Assembly: GCA_964016885.1 (NCBI GenBank)
Contig: OZ024740.1
Span: 203,980,001-204,044,000 of the forward strand
From: Eledone cirrhosa
Lineage: Eukaryota
DNA length: 64,000 bases
Direction: 5' to 3'
Shown: positions 52,662-64,000 of the stretch, piece after piece
How the letters are laid out: each line of letters opens with the position of its first letter
Position numbering within the stretch: position 1 is the first letter of the stretch
Notes under the pieces: model-generated
Databases searched by the model: none
What the model saw: the letters and a program-made list of their open reading frames with translations, nothing else
What the model was told of the DNA's origin: nothing
Translations under genes and position numbers: made by a program

Positions 52662-52925
52662 AGGCGCGTGGCCTAGTGGTAAGTGTAATGGGCTTACGAT
52701 CATAATGTCGTCGGTTCGATTCCTGAGCTGGGTTGCGTGTTGTGGTCTTGAGCAAAACACTTCATGTCATGTTGCTCCAATATACTCAGTTGAAAATGAG
52801 GACCAGCAATAGCTGCGAGTTTAACTCTGTCCAGGGGGAGTCTTGTACTCTCTGTCGCTTCACGCCAGGACACCAGGATAAGCACCGGTCTAACAAGCCT
52901 TCTGGCTTAAGACAGACTTTATACT
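52662..52925 (+). mobile_element. tRNA-derived SINE
   Basis: A box tggcctagtgg and B box ggttcgattcc; body matches 16180-16390. Confidence 0.8.
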
Positions 52926-53029
52926 TAGAATATTGATTGCATATTCCATAATGATTCCTAACACAGGTAAAATCCTAATTTTTATAATAAATTCTTCAGT
53001 AAACCTTTATATCAGAGAATTTGTTTTTC

Positions 53030-53365
53030 TTTAGTTCTTCCTATGAAGCCCTGAGCAACGAAAGAACTCCATCTCGCACGACCGGAATCACTGTCACGAG
53101 TCTGCTCACAGTCACGGCCCATGTCTATCAGGTCTTCCTCCGCAGACTTCAACCAGGTTTTTTCAGGTCTACTTCGCTTCCTATTCCTCCCTCCCTCAGG
53201 TTTCCACTCAAGATAGGCTTTCATTGGGCTCACCATTGGCAATATCTTCCGCAAGCGGAGGACAGTCCGAGCATCTTCTCCCATCTTACAGTTGTAATAT
53301 CCCGTATATTACTCAGCCCGACCCTTTCCATAACCTCTTCGTGCGTGGTGCGGTCACGTCGAACA
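53030..53365 (-). mobile_element. RTE-clade LINE 3' fragment
   Basis: RRDRTTHEEVMERVG...LEWKPEGGRNRKRSRPEKTW. Confidence 0.7.
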
Positions 53366-54419
53366 ATTCTAAATTGTTTAAACTCAATATTTTCATTTAT
53401 TGATAGACATATCTCATTTTGTTCAATACAGCAAAGAAAAGCCATGCTAAACTAACCGATTCATTCTTATTTAAACACAACAGGAAATATCGTCACACAT
53501 GTTTCTGACATGTACTCAATAAAAGTAGGATTGATTGTATAAATAACCGCTTTATAAGACAAACACAGATTATTTGGTATCATAACTACATCTTAACAAA
53601 ACACTTTTCGATTAATTATATGACACACAGCTGCTTGAGATACTGTCAACTAAGTTATTTTAAAGTTTCATATTTAGTGTTATGCAAATTAACAGTGCGA
53701 ACGACATCAACATACAAACACATTTATGTGTTTGTATGTTGATGTTTTTTAATGGGACAGAGTTTTTTGGTCTACGAATACGGAAATAAGTCGGCGAACT
53801 GTTGCAGCTCATCTAGGGATGTGGTGGCCGTAGATGGGGAAAAAAATGAAATCCACTGGGAATGAAGGACCCCGAGCTGTTTTTACAGTATCCTTCTAAG
53901 AGAGGAAAACTTTGACATAAAACCTGCGGTTGGTGTGATTACTGGTCATCTGGCTTAGGTTTGTCACCAGATAATAGTCACTAAAACTTAGAGAGTGGTG
54001 CTCATGTAGTACAAGTGTTTGTCACTATAATCCAATGATGTACAGATGTCTCTTTTGTGATCTTCTCATCTGTCATTTTTACAGCTGTAAGTCCTATGGT
54101 GATGGAGGAGTGGCAACGTGTGCAGACCTGACCAGTTGGAAGCACATACTTGCAAATCTACACATAGGCGGCAGGGGTCTTATCATAACATCGCTGTTAT
54201 GTCTTCCTGTAACAGAGGCAAACTCCGGTGGAGACGCTTGTGTCTAAGCAGCTCTATCAGGGAGAGCACTGCTCACCCAAATTCCTGGGAAGGTGTTAGA
54301 AAGGGTTTACTGAACATTGCCTGTCACATAACCCCTGGGTAGTTTACTGCAGCCATCGGCAGTTCATTCAAGCAAGAAAAGAAAAAAATGAAAGACTTAA
54401 TAAAACATTTATAAAGATT

Positions 54420-55300
54420 CAAGTGAAGCTCAACATCTGCTGCTGGAGTGTTAGAACCTTTTGGACCAAAATTCATCAAACCGACCAGAAAGAAGAACCG
54501 CACTAGAAATAAAAGAACTCCAAAGACTGGATATAGATATTGCAGCCTTGTTAGAAATACGTATCTCATGGCGTGATCAGCTGACTGAAGCATCATCTGG
54601 TTTCACACTTTTCTGCACAGGGAAACCAAAAGAACGGCAAGGTGGTGGTGGTGTAGGTTTTGAAGTTCGAAATACTCTAGCACAATGTTTAGAGGCTCCC
54701 TCTAGAATCAGCGACCGAATAATGAAACTGTGCATTCCACTTGCATACGGGCAATGTGCAACAATTTTGTCAGTTTATGCTCCAACTCTCCAAGCCAGTG
54801 AAGAAAGTATTATGACGTTCTACGAATCCCTTTGTATTGCAATTACATCTACTCCAGTTGATGAAAAAGTGATAAATCTTGGTTATTTCAATGCCCGAGT
54901 TGGCAGAGACCATGATATATGAGATGCACTTGGTCATTACAGCATTGATATGGTGAATGCCAATGGTCTGAAGCTACTTGAGCTCTGTTCACAACTCAAC
55001 TTAGCCATTTGCAACTACATTCTTCCGTAAAAAAACAAAAAAAAACAAAAAAAAACCAGAAACATAGTTACCTAGATGTACCCAAAATCAAATAATGGCC
55101 ACATAATTGATTTCATATTAACCCGGAGATACAACTTCAATGATGAATATAATGTGCGCGTCAAGCGTAGTGCAGAATGCAACACAGACAATAAGATGGT
55201 ATCGGGAAAGTTTAAGTTACTTGTTCGGAAAAGACTAATATATGTGGGGTCAAAATACAGAAGCATATTGATGTTGGAAAACTAAATCAGCCAGATGTAC
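54420..55300 (+). mobile_element. RTE/BovB-like LINE endonuclease fragment, decayed
   Basis: PERRTAL...DIAALLE...GVGF...SVYAPT...GYFNARVG; IDFILTR...CNTDNKMV. Confidence 0.8.
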
Positions 55301-56014
55301 GTAGGTAGGTGGGGCTCGCCAGCAGTGAGAGGCAGCCTACCTAGGAGATGGAAAACTGATTCCAAACCTAACGGAACGGGAGATATAGACTACTCAACGT
55401 TGGTTGACAACTTCCTAAGAGAAGGACACTCCGAAGTAAATCCTGCGACCTAAGGACCTCGTTGTCACCGTCTTGGCTTGCCTGGCTATGACAAATGAAC
55501 CCCAGGTGTAAATGGTGGAACCTATTATGTGCACACTGCACCCGACCTTAAAGCGCCACTGTCCTTAACTAAGATTTCGGGGTGTAATATGAGGGAGATT
55601 TGGTTGCTATTTCTAACAGATCAAGCAACCATGTTCAGGTACCTCATTGTCTCCACATATTGATAGTGTTTTCATACAATGTAAAATACTGTATAATATA
55701 ATATAAAATGACCACCATCAACAACGACGACTACTACAACACCACATAATCATCATCATCATCTTCTTATTTGAACTGCAGTAGCAGACAGCCCCATTCC
55801 TCCACCATCCATTACATACAGCTTTCATAATAAGTTGTGGCCCCAAGGTCATGTGTTTAGCTCTGTATGTTTATCATCATCATCATTATCCTCATCTTCG
55901 TTCAACTGCAGTAGCAGATAGCCACACGTGGTACGGCACAGTTCTCATTATCTGTGGTGTTTCCGTGGTTGAATGATTAGCCCTTGATCAGCGGTGAAAC
56001 TAGAATCTTAAGAC

Positions 56015-56290
56015 CAGGGGTTCTCAAAATGGGCGGCGTTGAGATGGTCCAAGGGGTTCTGCGGCTTAAGGGGCGGTGGGATGTGGCCAGTAGAGATGAT
56101 ATGATATATGAATATTTATTTATACATAGTATATATTATATTATTTATTATATATGAATTAACGATTTTATTTATTATATATTATTTACAATTTGCATAT
56201 AGGCAGGTCTCTCTGGAAATACAGGGAGGGTGTTGAGGGTATTACATGGCCATGAGGGGGGAAGTGGCCCAAAGCGTTTGAGAACCTCTG
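56015..56290. mobile_element. hAT (Charlie-like) MITE
   Basis: TIRs caggggttctcaaa / tttgagaacctctg; imperfect 8-bp TSD cttaagac / ctttcgac. Confidence 0.75.
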
Positions 56291-56544
56291 CTTTCGACGG
56301 TATTTGAACTTAAAAAACTAAGTGCAGGAAGAGATAATGGCATTCTAACACTTCCGCCAATCCACAATGATGGACTGGTACTTTATTGTATCATCCCTGA
56401 AAGGAAAAATGACAATGCTGACCTCGGGGTATTTGATCTCAGAGACTCGGAATAATTGCCATCAGATATTCTATCAGATGTGCTAGCGTCTTTTCCAAAT
56501 AAATGTGTAAAATAATCTTTTTATTATCATAGGCTATGTAAAGG

Positions 56545-57090
56545 GTGGTGGATTGGTAGAATCGGTAGAGCGTCAGACAAAATGCCTTGCAGCATTTAGT
56601 TATGACCCTTTACGTTCTGATTTCAAATCCCACCGAAGTTAGCTTTGCCGCTCGTCCTCATGGGGTTGACAAAATAAAGTACCAGTAATGCACTGGCGTC
56701 GATTTAATTGACTTTCCTCTCCCCTTCAAATTGCTGGCCTTGTGCCTAAAGTAGAAACAATTATTATAGACTATGTAGATGTGTGAAGGCGTGTGGTTTA
56801 GGGGCTAGAGCGTTCGGCTCACGATCGTAGGTTCCTGAGTTCGATTCTCAGTGGTACGTTGTCTCCTTCAGCAAGACACTTTATTTCATGTTCTTCCAGT
56901 CTACTTAGATGACAAACATGGCTCAAAGGGTCAGCCTTCATCTCACACATTGTGTTACACTGAATTTCCCTGAAAGGAGCGAACACTTGTCTGTAGAATT
57001 CTCAACCTATTACACATTCATTTCATGAGCACGTTTTTCCGTTGTCCGAACAACTCAAATACTCGTCGTGGAAACCGATGGAGGTCCAAC
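56545..57090 (+). mobile_element. Two adjacent SINEs (family A 56545-56762, family B 56787-57090)
   Basis: Family cores; flanking duplication tag(g/a)ctatgta around the first; B box gagttcgattc in the second. Confidence 0.75.
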
Positions 57091-57219
57091 ATAGTATATA
57101 AGAGAAATTAATCGAAGACAAATTTGCAGTCTAAAAGGAGCAACAGTAAGAAAGAGAAAATTGATGTAAGAAATAATGAGGAAGAAGTTCAAATTGAAAA
57201 AAAAGGTATTAACCAAACT

Positions 57220-57690
57220 GGACCGACACATCAATAAGCGTTATCAGCAATTCTCTTAAAAACATATAAACAAACTTTTAAAAAAACCACTTCAAATAAT
57301 TATTCCAAAGCTTCTTTGAAAGTACTAAACTCGCCAAAAGGTTAACAGCATAATATATTATTTTTACAAACGAAGAAGCAAGGCAGATGATAAGTATCAC
57401 AAGCCTATCTCTGGCTTCACATAGCAAATTATCGGCGTCAGATTATCAAAAGGAATTTGATTGGGTTCTGAGAAGGAAATGATTTAATGCGTGACAGTCA
57501 AAACAATTTCAACATATCCTGCAGCTGCCGCCCACAATTTCTACAGCATTATGATTGGCTAATGAAATATTATAGTTAAACTCGCATGTGATATTTCTCA
57601 CCTATGCGGAAGTTTTCGAGAAAGTTGATCATGAAATGGTGAGTCACAAACTACATGGTCTGAGAGAGAGGCTGCATTACTTTTCAGGGG
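57220..57690 (+). mobile_element. Highly decayed CR1/L2-type RT fragment
   Basis: Remnants such as IFLTYAEVFEKVDHEMVSHKLHGL (compare DFxKAFDKVxH). Confidence 0.45.
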
Positions 57691-58129
57691 GTAAATACGG
57701 AGCAGTTATACATACATACATACATACATACATACATGGTGGCTGCCAACTCGTTTTCGAGTACGGCCACTACTTTATATCCATGTAGGAGAACCCCTAC
57801 CGATGCGCTGAACGAGTGTGACTTTTTAGTCCAGCCAGCGACTTGAAAACTCTGGTACAAACACTACACTTGTGACAATTATTGACACATAGTGCTGGGC
57901 CCATGGTACCATGTGACGGCAAGTGCAGAGAGATCTCCAGATATAAAGCAATGCCTGTGCCGTGAAGCTTTTATAGTGAGCAAAGGAACTGCACAAAGCC
58001 AGTCCCACTCTCTTAACCAAGATGATATTTACCAAAAAGAAGAACAAGTCAACATCAATGGCTATCCAAAATCACCGGGAGAGATGACATAGATACATAC
58101 ATACATACATACATACATACATACATACA

Positions 58130-58159
<30 letters not shown>

Positions 58160-58160
<1 letters not shown>

Positions 58161-59116
58161 TTAAAAAATATCATTAGAATAGCCACTGATCTGGAATGAA
58201 GCCTGATATAAAGCTCTCACCCAGAGAAATCGGAAGATCCTATTCAATGTTCAAACAAGATGAAAAAATTGACCAATTTATAGAAAAAGTTGTGCATGGA
58301 TATTTGAGACGTAAAACACAGACCATAGAGGGGATAAATCACTCAAAAAGCCTGGCATGGAGTTCCGACAAGTTTATGACATCATACCTTGAGGGATATC
58401 TCTATGCAATACAGGAACAAGAACTCCCTACCAAATATCTGCTGCACAAAAGGGGAGGGCCATCAGCTGGCAATAAATGTAGGCTATGTAAAACAAAGAT
58501 CGAGGATGTAAGCCACATTGTTGCCAGCTGCGAAGGAATGTCGTCTCGCTACTACCTCCCTATGAGACACGATGGGATAGCTAGAACCATCTGGAACACA
58601 CTTCAGAAAACAAAATTAACAACAAACGAGGAAGAATATATTGAGACAGATGGCACTAAGGAATACTGGTGGAACCTGAAAATAAAACTGCCACCAAATT
58701 AAAGCACAACCGGCCTGATATTATTGTTTGGGACCACACATTGAAAACGTGTTCTGTTGTGGAGATCAGCTGCCCACTTGTGTAAACGTTGTCAGAAAAA
58801 TACAGGAGAAGGAGGACATCTACGGACCATTGATGAGGAGTTTACAAATCCAGTATCCAAGATACACCTTTAGCTTTATACCCATCATTATTAGAGTTTC
58901 GGGTTATATACCAACCCGCTTGGACCAAAGTATGACTGAACTTGGATTTGCGGACAAAGAGCGCAGCTCCCTAATTCATAGTCGTCTACAAATAGCTGCG
59001 ATAGCTGGCACCTTCAAAATTTGCAAAACATTCTTGCGATTCAAGGGATGACAATTTCTTTTCCTTTACAACCTTGCCACCAGGAAGGTGACCGGGCAAA
59101 AAAATATACTCGAAAT

Positions 59117-59122
<6 letters not shown>
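58160..59122 (+). mobile_element. R4/Dong-like RLE retrotransposon 3' fragment
   Basis: YAIQEQ, CRLC...HIVASC zinc knuckle, RHD, HNRPDIIV, EISCP; lies between (TACA)n and (TA)n. Confidence 0.8.
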
Positions 59123-59179
<57 letters not shown>

Positions 59180-59200
59180 TCGAAAAAATATACTCGAAAT

Positions 59201-59231
<31 letters not shown>

Positions 59232-59261
59232 GTAATCTAAGTTTTTCGAATATTAATAATT

Positions 59262-59440
59262 GTTTCTATTTTAGGCACAATTATCCCAGTGTATTACTGG
59301 TACTTTATTTTATCAACCCCGTAAGGATGAAAAGCAAAGTTAACCTCGGCGGGATTTGAACTCAGACCATAAAGGGCCGTAACTCTTTGCTGCAAAGCAT
59401 AGCGTCCGACCCTCTACCGATACTGCCAATCCATCGCCCT
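59262..59440 (-). mobile_element. SINE (family A) with TSD
   Basis: Family core on the minus strand; ttttcgaatatta duplicated on both sides. Confidence 0.8.
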
Positions 59441-59557
59441 TTTTCGAATATTATTAATAATATTCGATTCGTTTGCAATTATGCAAACAGCCTCTTTTTT
59501 AAAGCCATGTCAGTAGAATGAGCCCCTCATTCTTGCTCTTGTGTTGGGATATAAACA

Positions 59558-59607
59558 GAACTACAGACACTAATGTTTCTGGATATCACCCTTCATCAGT
59601 GCAGTTC
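59558..59607 (-). ncRNA. Type I hammerhead ribozyme in an approximately 374-bp-period direct-repeat unit (59444-59867)
   Basis: Minus strand: gaactgca CTGATGA a gggt-gat-atcc a GAAAC attagt GTC tgtagttc; 8-bp stem I and a GUC site. Confidence 0.82.
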
Positions 59608-59867
59608 ACTGTTCACCTGCCAACTGTCAGAGTTAATGAAAATATATTATATTTTCTAAAATATACAGTGACTGATCAGTCATATCTGCATATTAGCAGA
59701 CTGGACAGTCATTTCCTGTATACGAGCGATTAATGGCCGGCTTTGCCATATTGAAATAATGTTTTTTAAATTATCCCTCTACATGGCTGAATACAATAAA
59801 TGTAATCTGAGTTTTATCGAATATTAATAATAATATCCGATTTGTTTGCAATTATGCAAGCAGCCTC

Positions 59868-59901
<34 letters not shown>

Positions 59902-59905
<4 letters not shown>

Positions 59906-60932
59906 AGATAGAAAAATGCGTACAGCAAAAAATAGTAATATTGTTGGAATATAAACCTTTAAAAATACAGGACAAGAAACTAAGATAAAACTTTAAAAGA
60001 ATAGGACAAGAAACTAAGATAAAACTTTAAAGAATTGGACAAGAAATAAAAAATTTTACAATAATATTAGTGGCAAAATTTTTATTGGTAAAAATTCGAG
60101 TTCCACATTCATAGGCTCTGGGTTCCACATTCAGAGGTCGTCGTCAGACCGGGGGGATCATTTGATCCTAGTTTGAACACCAATTGGGCCATAACCATAC
60201 CCCTATTTCATCATTCGGCGACACGCCTCATGTGTCATGCATAATGTGAATGGACCCATGGGCCCATGAGCACAGATCTTGAGCAGCAGCGGACGGTCTT
60301 GTCGTCCGCTCATCCTTGATCTTGACCAACCCGTCCATCTTCTCTTTGCATCTTGTCCTTGAGTTCAAGTCCGGCAGTCCAGATGAATGCGTGCCACAGC
60401 TTTCTGGTACAGGCAGGGGGAGCAGGAGGACTGGAGGGATGACGGGACAGAGGGAGGGAGGACCGGTGGTTGAGGGAGGTGCCGTAGTCGGTGGTCAGAG
60501 TCGACATCTTGTCCAGGTCGTTTTCTACATCTTCGTCTGGTGTTGCGGGACCAGAAGTGCATTCTTGGAGGAGACCTGCAGCTGCATCGGCCAATTCTTC
60601 TTGCAATGGTCATTCTAACGGAGCAAAACTGCTCAGACAACCAACCAACCCCAACCAGAACCAACCGCTCAGGGGCAACGCACAATGAGAGCATGACAAT
60701 TATTATGCACTAATCAAGAAGATACTGGGGCATAGCACAGGAAATGAATAAAAAAAATTTGCCACTAATATTATTGTAAAATTTTTTATTTCTTGTCCAA
60801 TTCTTTAAAGTTTTATCTTAGTTTCTTGTCCTATTCTTTTAAAGTTTTATTTTAGTTTCTTGTCCTGTATTTTTAAAGGTTTATATTCCAACAATATTAC
60901 TTTTTTTTGCTGTACGCATTTTTCTATCTGGT
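59902..60932. mobile_element. Foldback element with approximately 180-bp inverted arms and a GC-rich interior
   Basis: Arms about 59902-60083 and 60752-60932 nearly identical, each with internal approximately 34-bp tandem units; (TA)n on the left. Confidence 0.85.
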
Positions 60933-61347
60933 CTACTATTTTTTAAGGCAATGCAAGCAACAACTATCTAATAATTAAATGATCATAGTGAATTACTGAC
61001 AAGTGATTGACATTTTAAAGTTCTTTTGAGTATAATTGCAATCTAGTTGAGGCAACTGGCTTAATGACAAAGCTACGTCATTTCTGGATTACCTCCTCTA
61101 GCGTCACGCTTACTACTCATCACTTGAACACAAGATTTATCAGCAAACTTTGATTATAAACTTTTTCCCGCTGGACCAAATTTCTAGATTTTTAAGCCAA
61201 AAGATGCGTAATGATCTACTGTTCATGCTCATATAAGTTTTATCTCAGTTAAATAAAGTAGAGCCGCGCTGTACTGTCGTAAACAGACGATTGCCAACGA
61301 AAACACGACCACAACAATATTACTAAACGGACTAACGTCCGTTTAGG

Positions 61348-61394
<47 letters not shown>

Positions 61395-61411
61395 TGTATA
61401 TATATGTTTAT

Positions 61412-62126
61412 TAGTACTCTCTTGTGGGAGTGTTCTTATTACTATTTTAATATCGTCTACGTAACGAGAGTACATGACGAGCGCTATGGAATTCTTTTGA
61501 AGGAGTTCTCTGAGTCTCCTCTCCCACCATACCATAAATCATCGCCATCTGTGCTGACGCCAATGGCTATTTCCTCATTCTGGCTGTAGATCTTTTCATC
61601 AAATTTAAACATATGGCCCTTTAGGGTAGTTTTAATACTAGCCCCTATTGCATGTGCGACCATTTTTCTCACCTGATCATTGTTTTGGGGTGTCCGTATG
61701 GCTTTGGTCAATCCATTCCATCTTCCTATGGGAGTCTTTTTAGCCATTGAGGTTATGGTGGGGAGTTCTACCTCTCATAGGTCTACTGGGGCAGTCCCAT
61801 AGGAAGAAGGAATGGATGGACCAAAGCTATACGGACACCCCAAAACAATGATCAGGTGAGGAAAATGGTCGCACATGCAATAGGGGTTAGTATTAAAACT
61901 ACCCTAAAGGGCCCATATGTTTAAATTTAATGAAAAGATCTACACACAGAATGGGGGAGCAGCCATTGGCGTCAGCATAGCTGGCGATGTTGCCAATCTA
62001 TTTATGGTATGGTGGGAGAGGAGACTCAGAGAACTCCTTGAAGAGAACTCCATAGCGCTCGTCATGTACTCTCGTTATGCACACGATATTAATATAGTAA
62101 TAAGAACACCCCCACAAGAGAGTACT
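61412..62126. mobile_element. Head-to-head palindrome of Neptune-like PLE RT fragments
   Basis: Arms 61412-61733 (minus) and 61795-62126 (plus) encode GAAIGVSIAGDVANLFM...YSRY(V/A)(D/H)D; microsatellites outside both arms. Confidence 0.88.
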
Positions 62127-62149
62127 TATATATATATATATATATATAT

Positions 62150-62500
62150 TAATATGGAAAACGAAGAATCAGTGATACATTGGAACACAATTTATTACGT
62201 ACTACAATTGTTTCTCCGGCGAACAGCTCGAGGTGCGATCTGTTTGTGGATTGAACCTGACCCTGGATTCGCAAGTTCCTCAGATACGTCTAGTGATTTC
62301 GAAGCAAATACTTTCTGCTGGACTCCGAACTATCCAATTTCTATCATCTGCGATCATCCTGTTTGCGCGGCCCGTCGATTGGTTGCGAATCCAGAGTCAG
62401 GTTCGATCCACAAACAGATCGCACCTCGAGCCGGAGAAACAATTGTAGTACGTAATAAATGGTGTTCCGATGCATCACTGGTTCTTCGTTTTCCATATTA
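62150..62500. mobile_element. Small foldback containing a long-stem-II hammerhead (62197-62289, minus) and an inverted truncated copy
   Basis: Minus strand: acgtat CTGAGGA ...gcgaa..cag/ctgttcgc... GAAAC aatt GTA gtacgt; arms 62150-62274 and 62383-62500. Confidence 0.75.
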
Positions 62501-62570
62501 TTATACTATGCTCCGAAGGAGCTTATAGTACTCAACCGGCATACCGCCTATGGGCGCATCCAAGTAGCCT

Positions 62571-62645
<75 letters not shown>

Positions 62646-62727
62646 TTTATCCCGGGTGCAATCGGGGGTAACCACAGTAAGTAAGGTACTCAATACAAAG
62701 CAGAGTATGAATATTTAATATAGAAAT

Positions 62728-62778
62728 GGCTTCTACGGGATTAGAACTGTTTCATTCGGGAGAAATCATCAGGAAGCC
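62728..62778 (-). ncRNA. Type I hammerhead ribozyme
   Basis: Minus strand: ggcttc CTGATGA t ttc-tccc-gaa t GAAAC ... GTA gaagcc. Confidence 0.72.
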
Positions 62779-63144
62779 GACTGTCCAAGTAATATGGAGG
62801 TATTTATATATTTTCTGGTGGTAGGAGAAGGTGGTGATTGGGATGGGTGGAGGTCATTGGTTGATGGGTTTAAAGAAAAGGGAGTTCTTTTAAAACTATA
62901 TTTAGAGTAACAAAGGCAGAATAAATTCTATAGACAGGTTCACACTGGGGGTGCCACTCCTGATTTTTAAGGTTCATTTAAGCTAACAATGGCTAATGGT
63001 CAGGTGCCTACAAACACACTCACACACACACATATGCCTTCACTCCCACAAATACGCACAAACACACACTCATATACTTATATATATACACACACGAATA
63101 CCTACATATATATATATATACACACACACAATATATATAGACAC

Positions 63145-63899
63145 AGCGCCGAAACATCCAAGATCTGCTGACGAAGGGAAACTTTTCTTTTCTTTTCTTT
63201 CTTGTTTGTGTCCCGATTACCTTCTAACACTTCGTTTTCAGTAACCACACAGCCTCGCCTACTAACCCGTATTTTTGTATTTACTGCTGTGACCTCCTCT
63301 CTACCTGTTTTGCTCGATGTGTTGTCCCTGGCCGGTCTAGGTCGCACGTGCGTCGTAAACCCCTTTTGGATTAACTCCCTTACTCTTCTCCTCCCCCTCT
63401 CTCTATCCTTCTTACTCTCCCCCTCTGTCCTCTACCCCTCTCACTTCCGGTTTCTCCGTCTTTCTCTCTCTCTACACTCACTTTACTGAGAATCGTCGCC
63501 CCGAAATAACCTAGTTCCTCTGTTATTATGGCCACCGAGCTTATACCCATCGGCTTGGTATAGCTTGATCTATTTTCTCTTCGGTTACTTACATACATGT
63601 GCCATTGTACTGTGTTCTCTCTTCTATCGGTATGTTTACTTCGTTTTTTTCTTTTTTCCTTTTTTTTCTTCTTCCATTTTTCTTTCTTCCTCTCTCTTCA
63701 CTATCACTTCTTTAGCTCATGGCTTTTGATAGATAAAAGGCCATGGGCGCGCTACGGATAGATGTTCTGTTTTAAGCGCCGAAATATCCAAGGTCCGTAG
63801 TAAATAGCTGACGAAGGGAAACTTTTCTTTTCTTTTCTTCTCTGTGTCCCTTCTAACACTTCGTTTTCAGTAACCACACAGCCTCACCTCCTAAACCAA
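63145..63899 (+). repeat. Direct-repeat unit (about 125-bp repeats, period 630 bp) with HHR-like remnants, between microsatellites
   Basis: agcgccgaaa.atccaag...gCTGACGAagggaaac...gtccc at 63145 and 63775; no complete fold found. Confidence 0.6.
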
Positions 63900-63906
63900 A
63901 TTTGTG

Positions 63907-64000
<94 letters not shown>

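Noticed and set aside
52662-52735. tRNA gene
   Set aside because: A/B boxes are followed by a repeated SINE body and no full cloverleaf is evident.

Overview
AT-rich, repeat-saturated animal genomic DNA; the SINE families and microsatellite load suggest an octopus or other cephalopod (inference). No host protein-coding gene is supportable, and most listed ORFs are microsatellite or antisense artefacts. Mobile elements present: several Penelope-like retroelements (PLEs), namely one full-length Naiad-like copy with pLTRs (25747-32131) and Neptune-like and Naiad-like copies arranged as head-to-head palindromes; five L1/Tx1-clade LINE copies, three of them tandem at (TATC)n; RTE, CR1 and R4/Dong fragments; tRNA-derived SINEs; a non-autonomous Helitron; and hAT and piggyBac-like MITEs. 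The most striking unannotated signal is about 15 type I hammerhead ribozyme (HHR) motifs, intact or decayed, plus several 3' halves. Most sit in small non-coding units that are bounded by (TA)n or by terminal direct or inverted repeats. In four such units an octamer (ATGCAAAT-like) lies 80-91 nt upstream of the HHR core, and three of them also have a TATA-like tract in between. This points to a family of retrozyme-like elements carrying their own promoter and mobilised by PLEs. All folds were read by eye, and coordinates of decayed elements are approximate.
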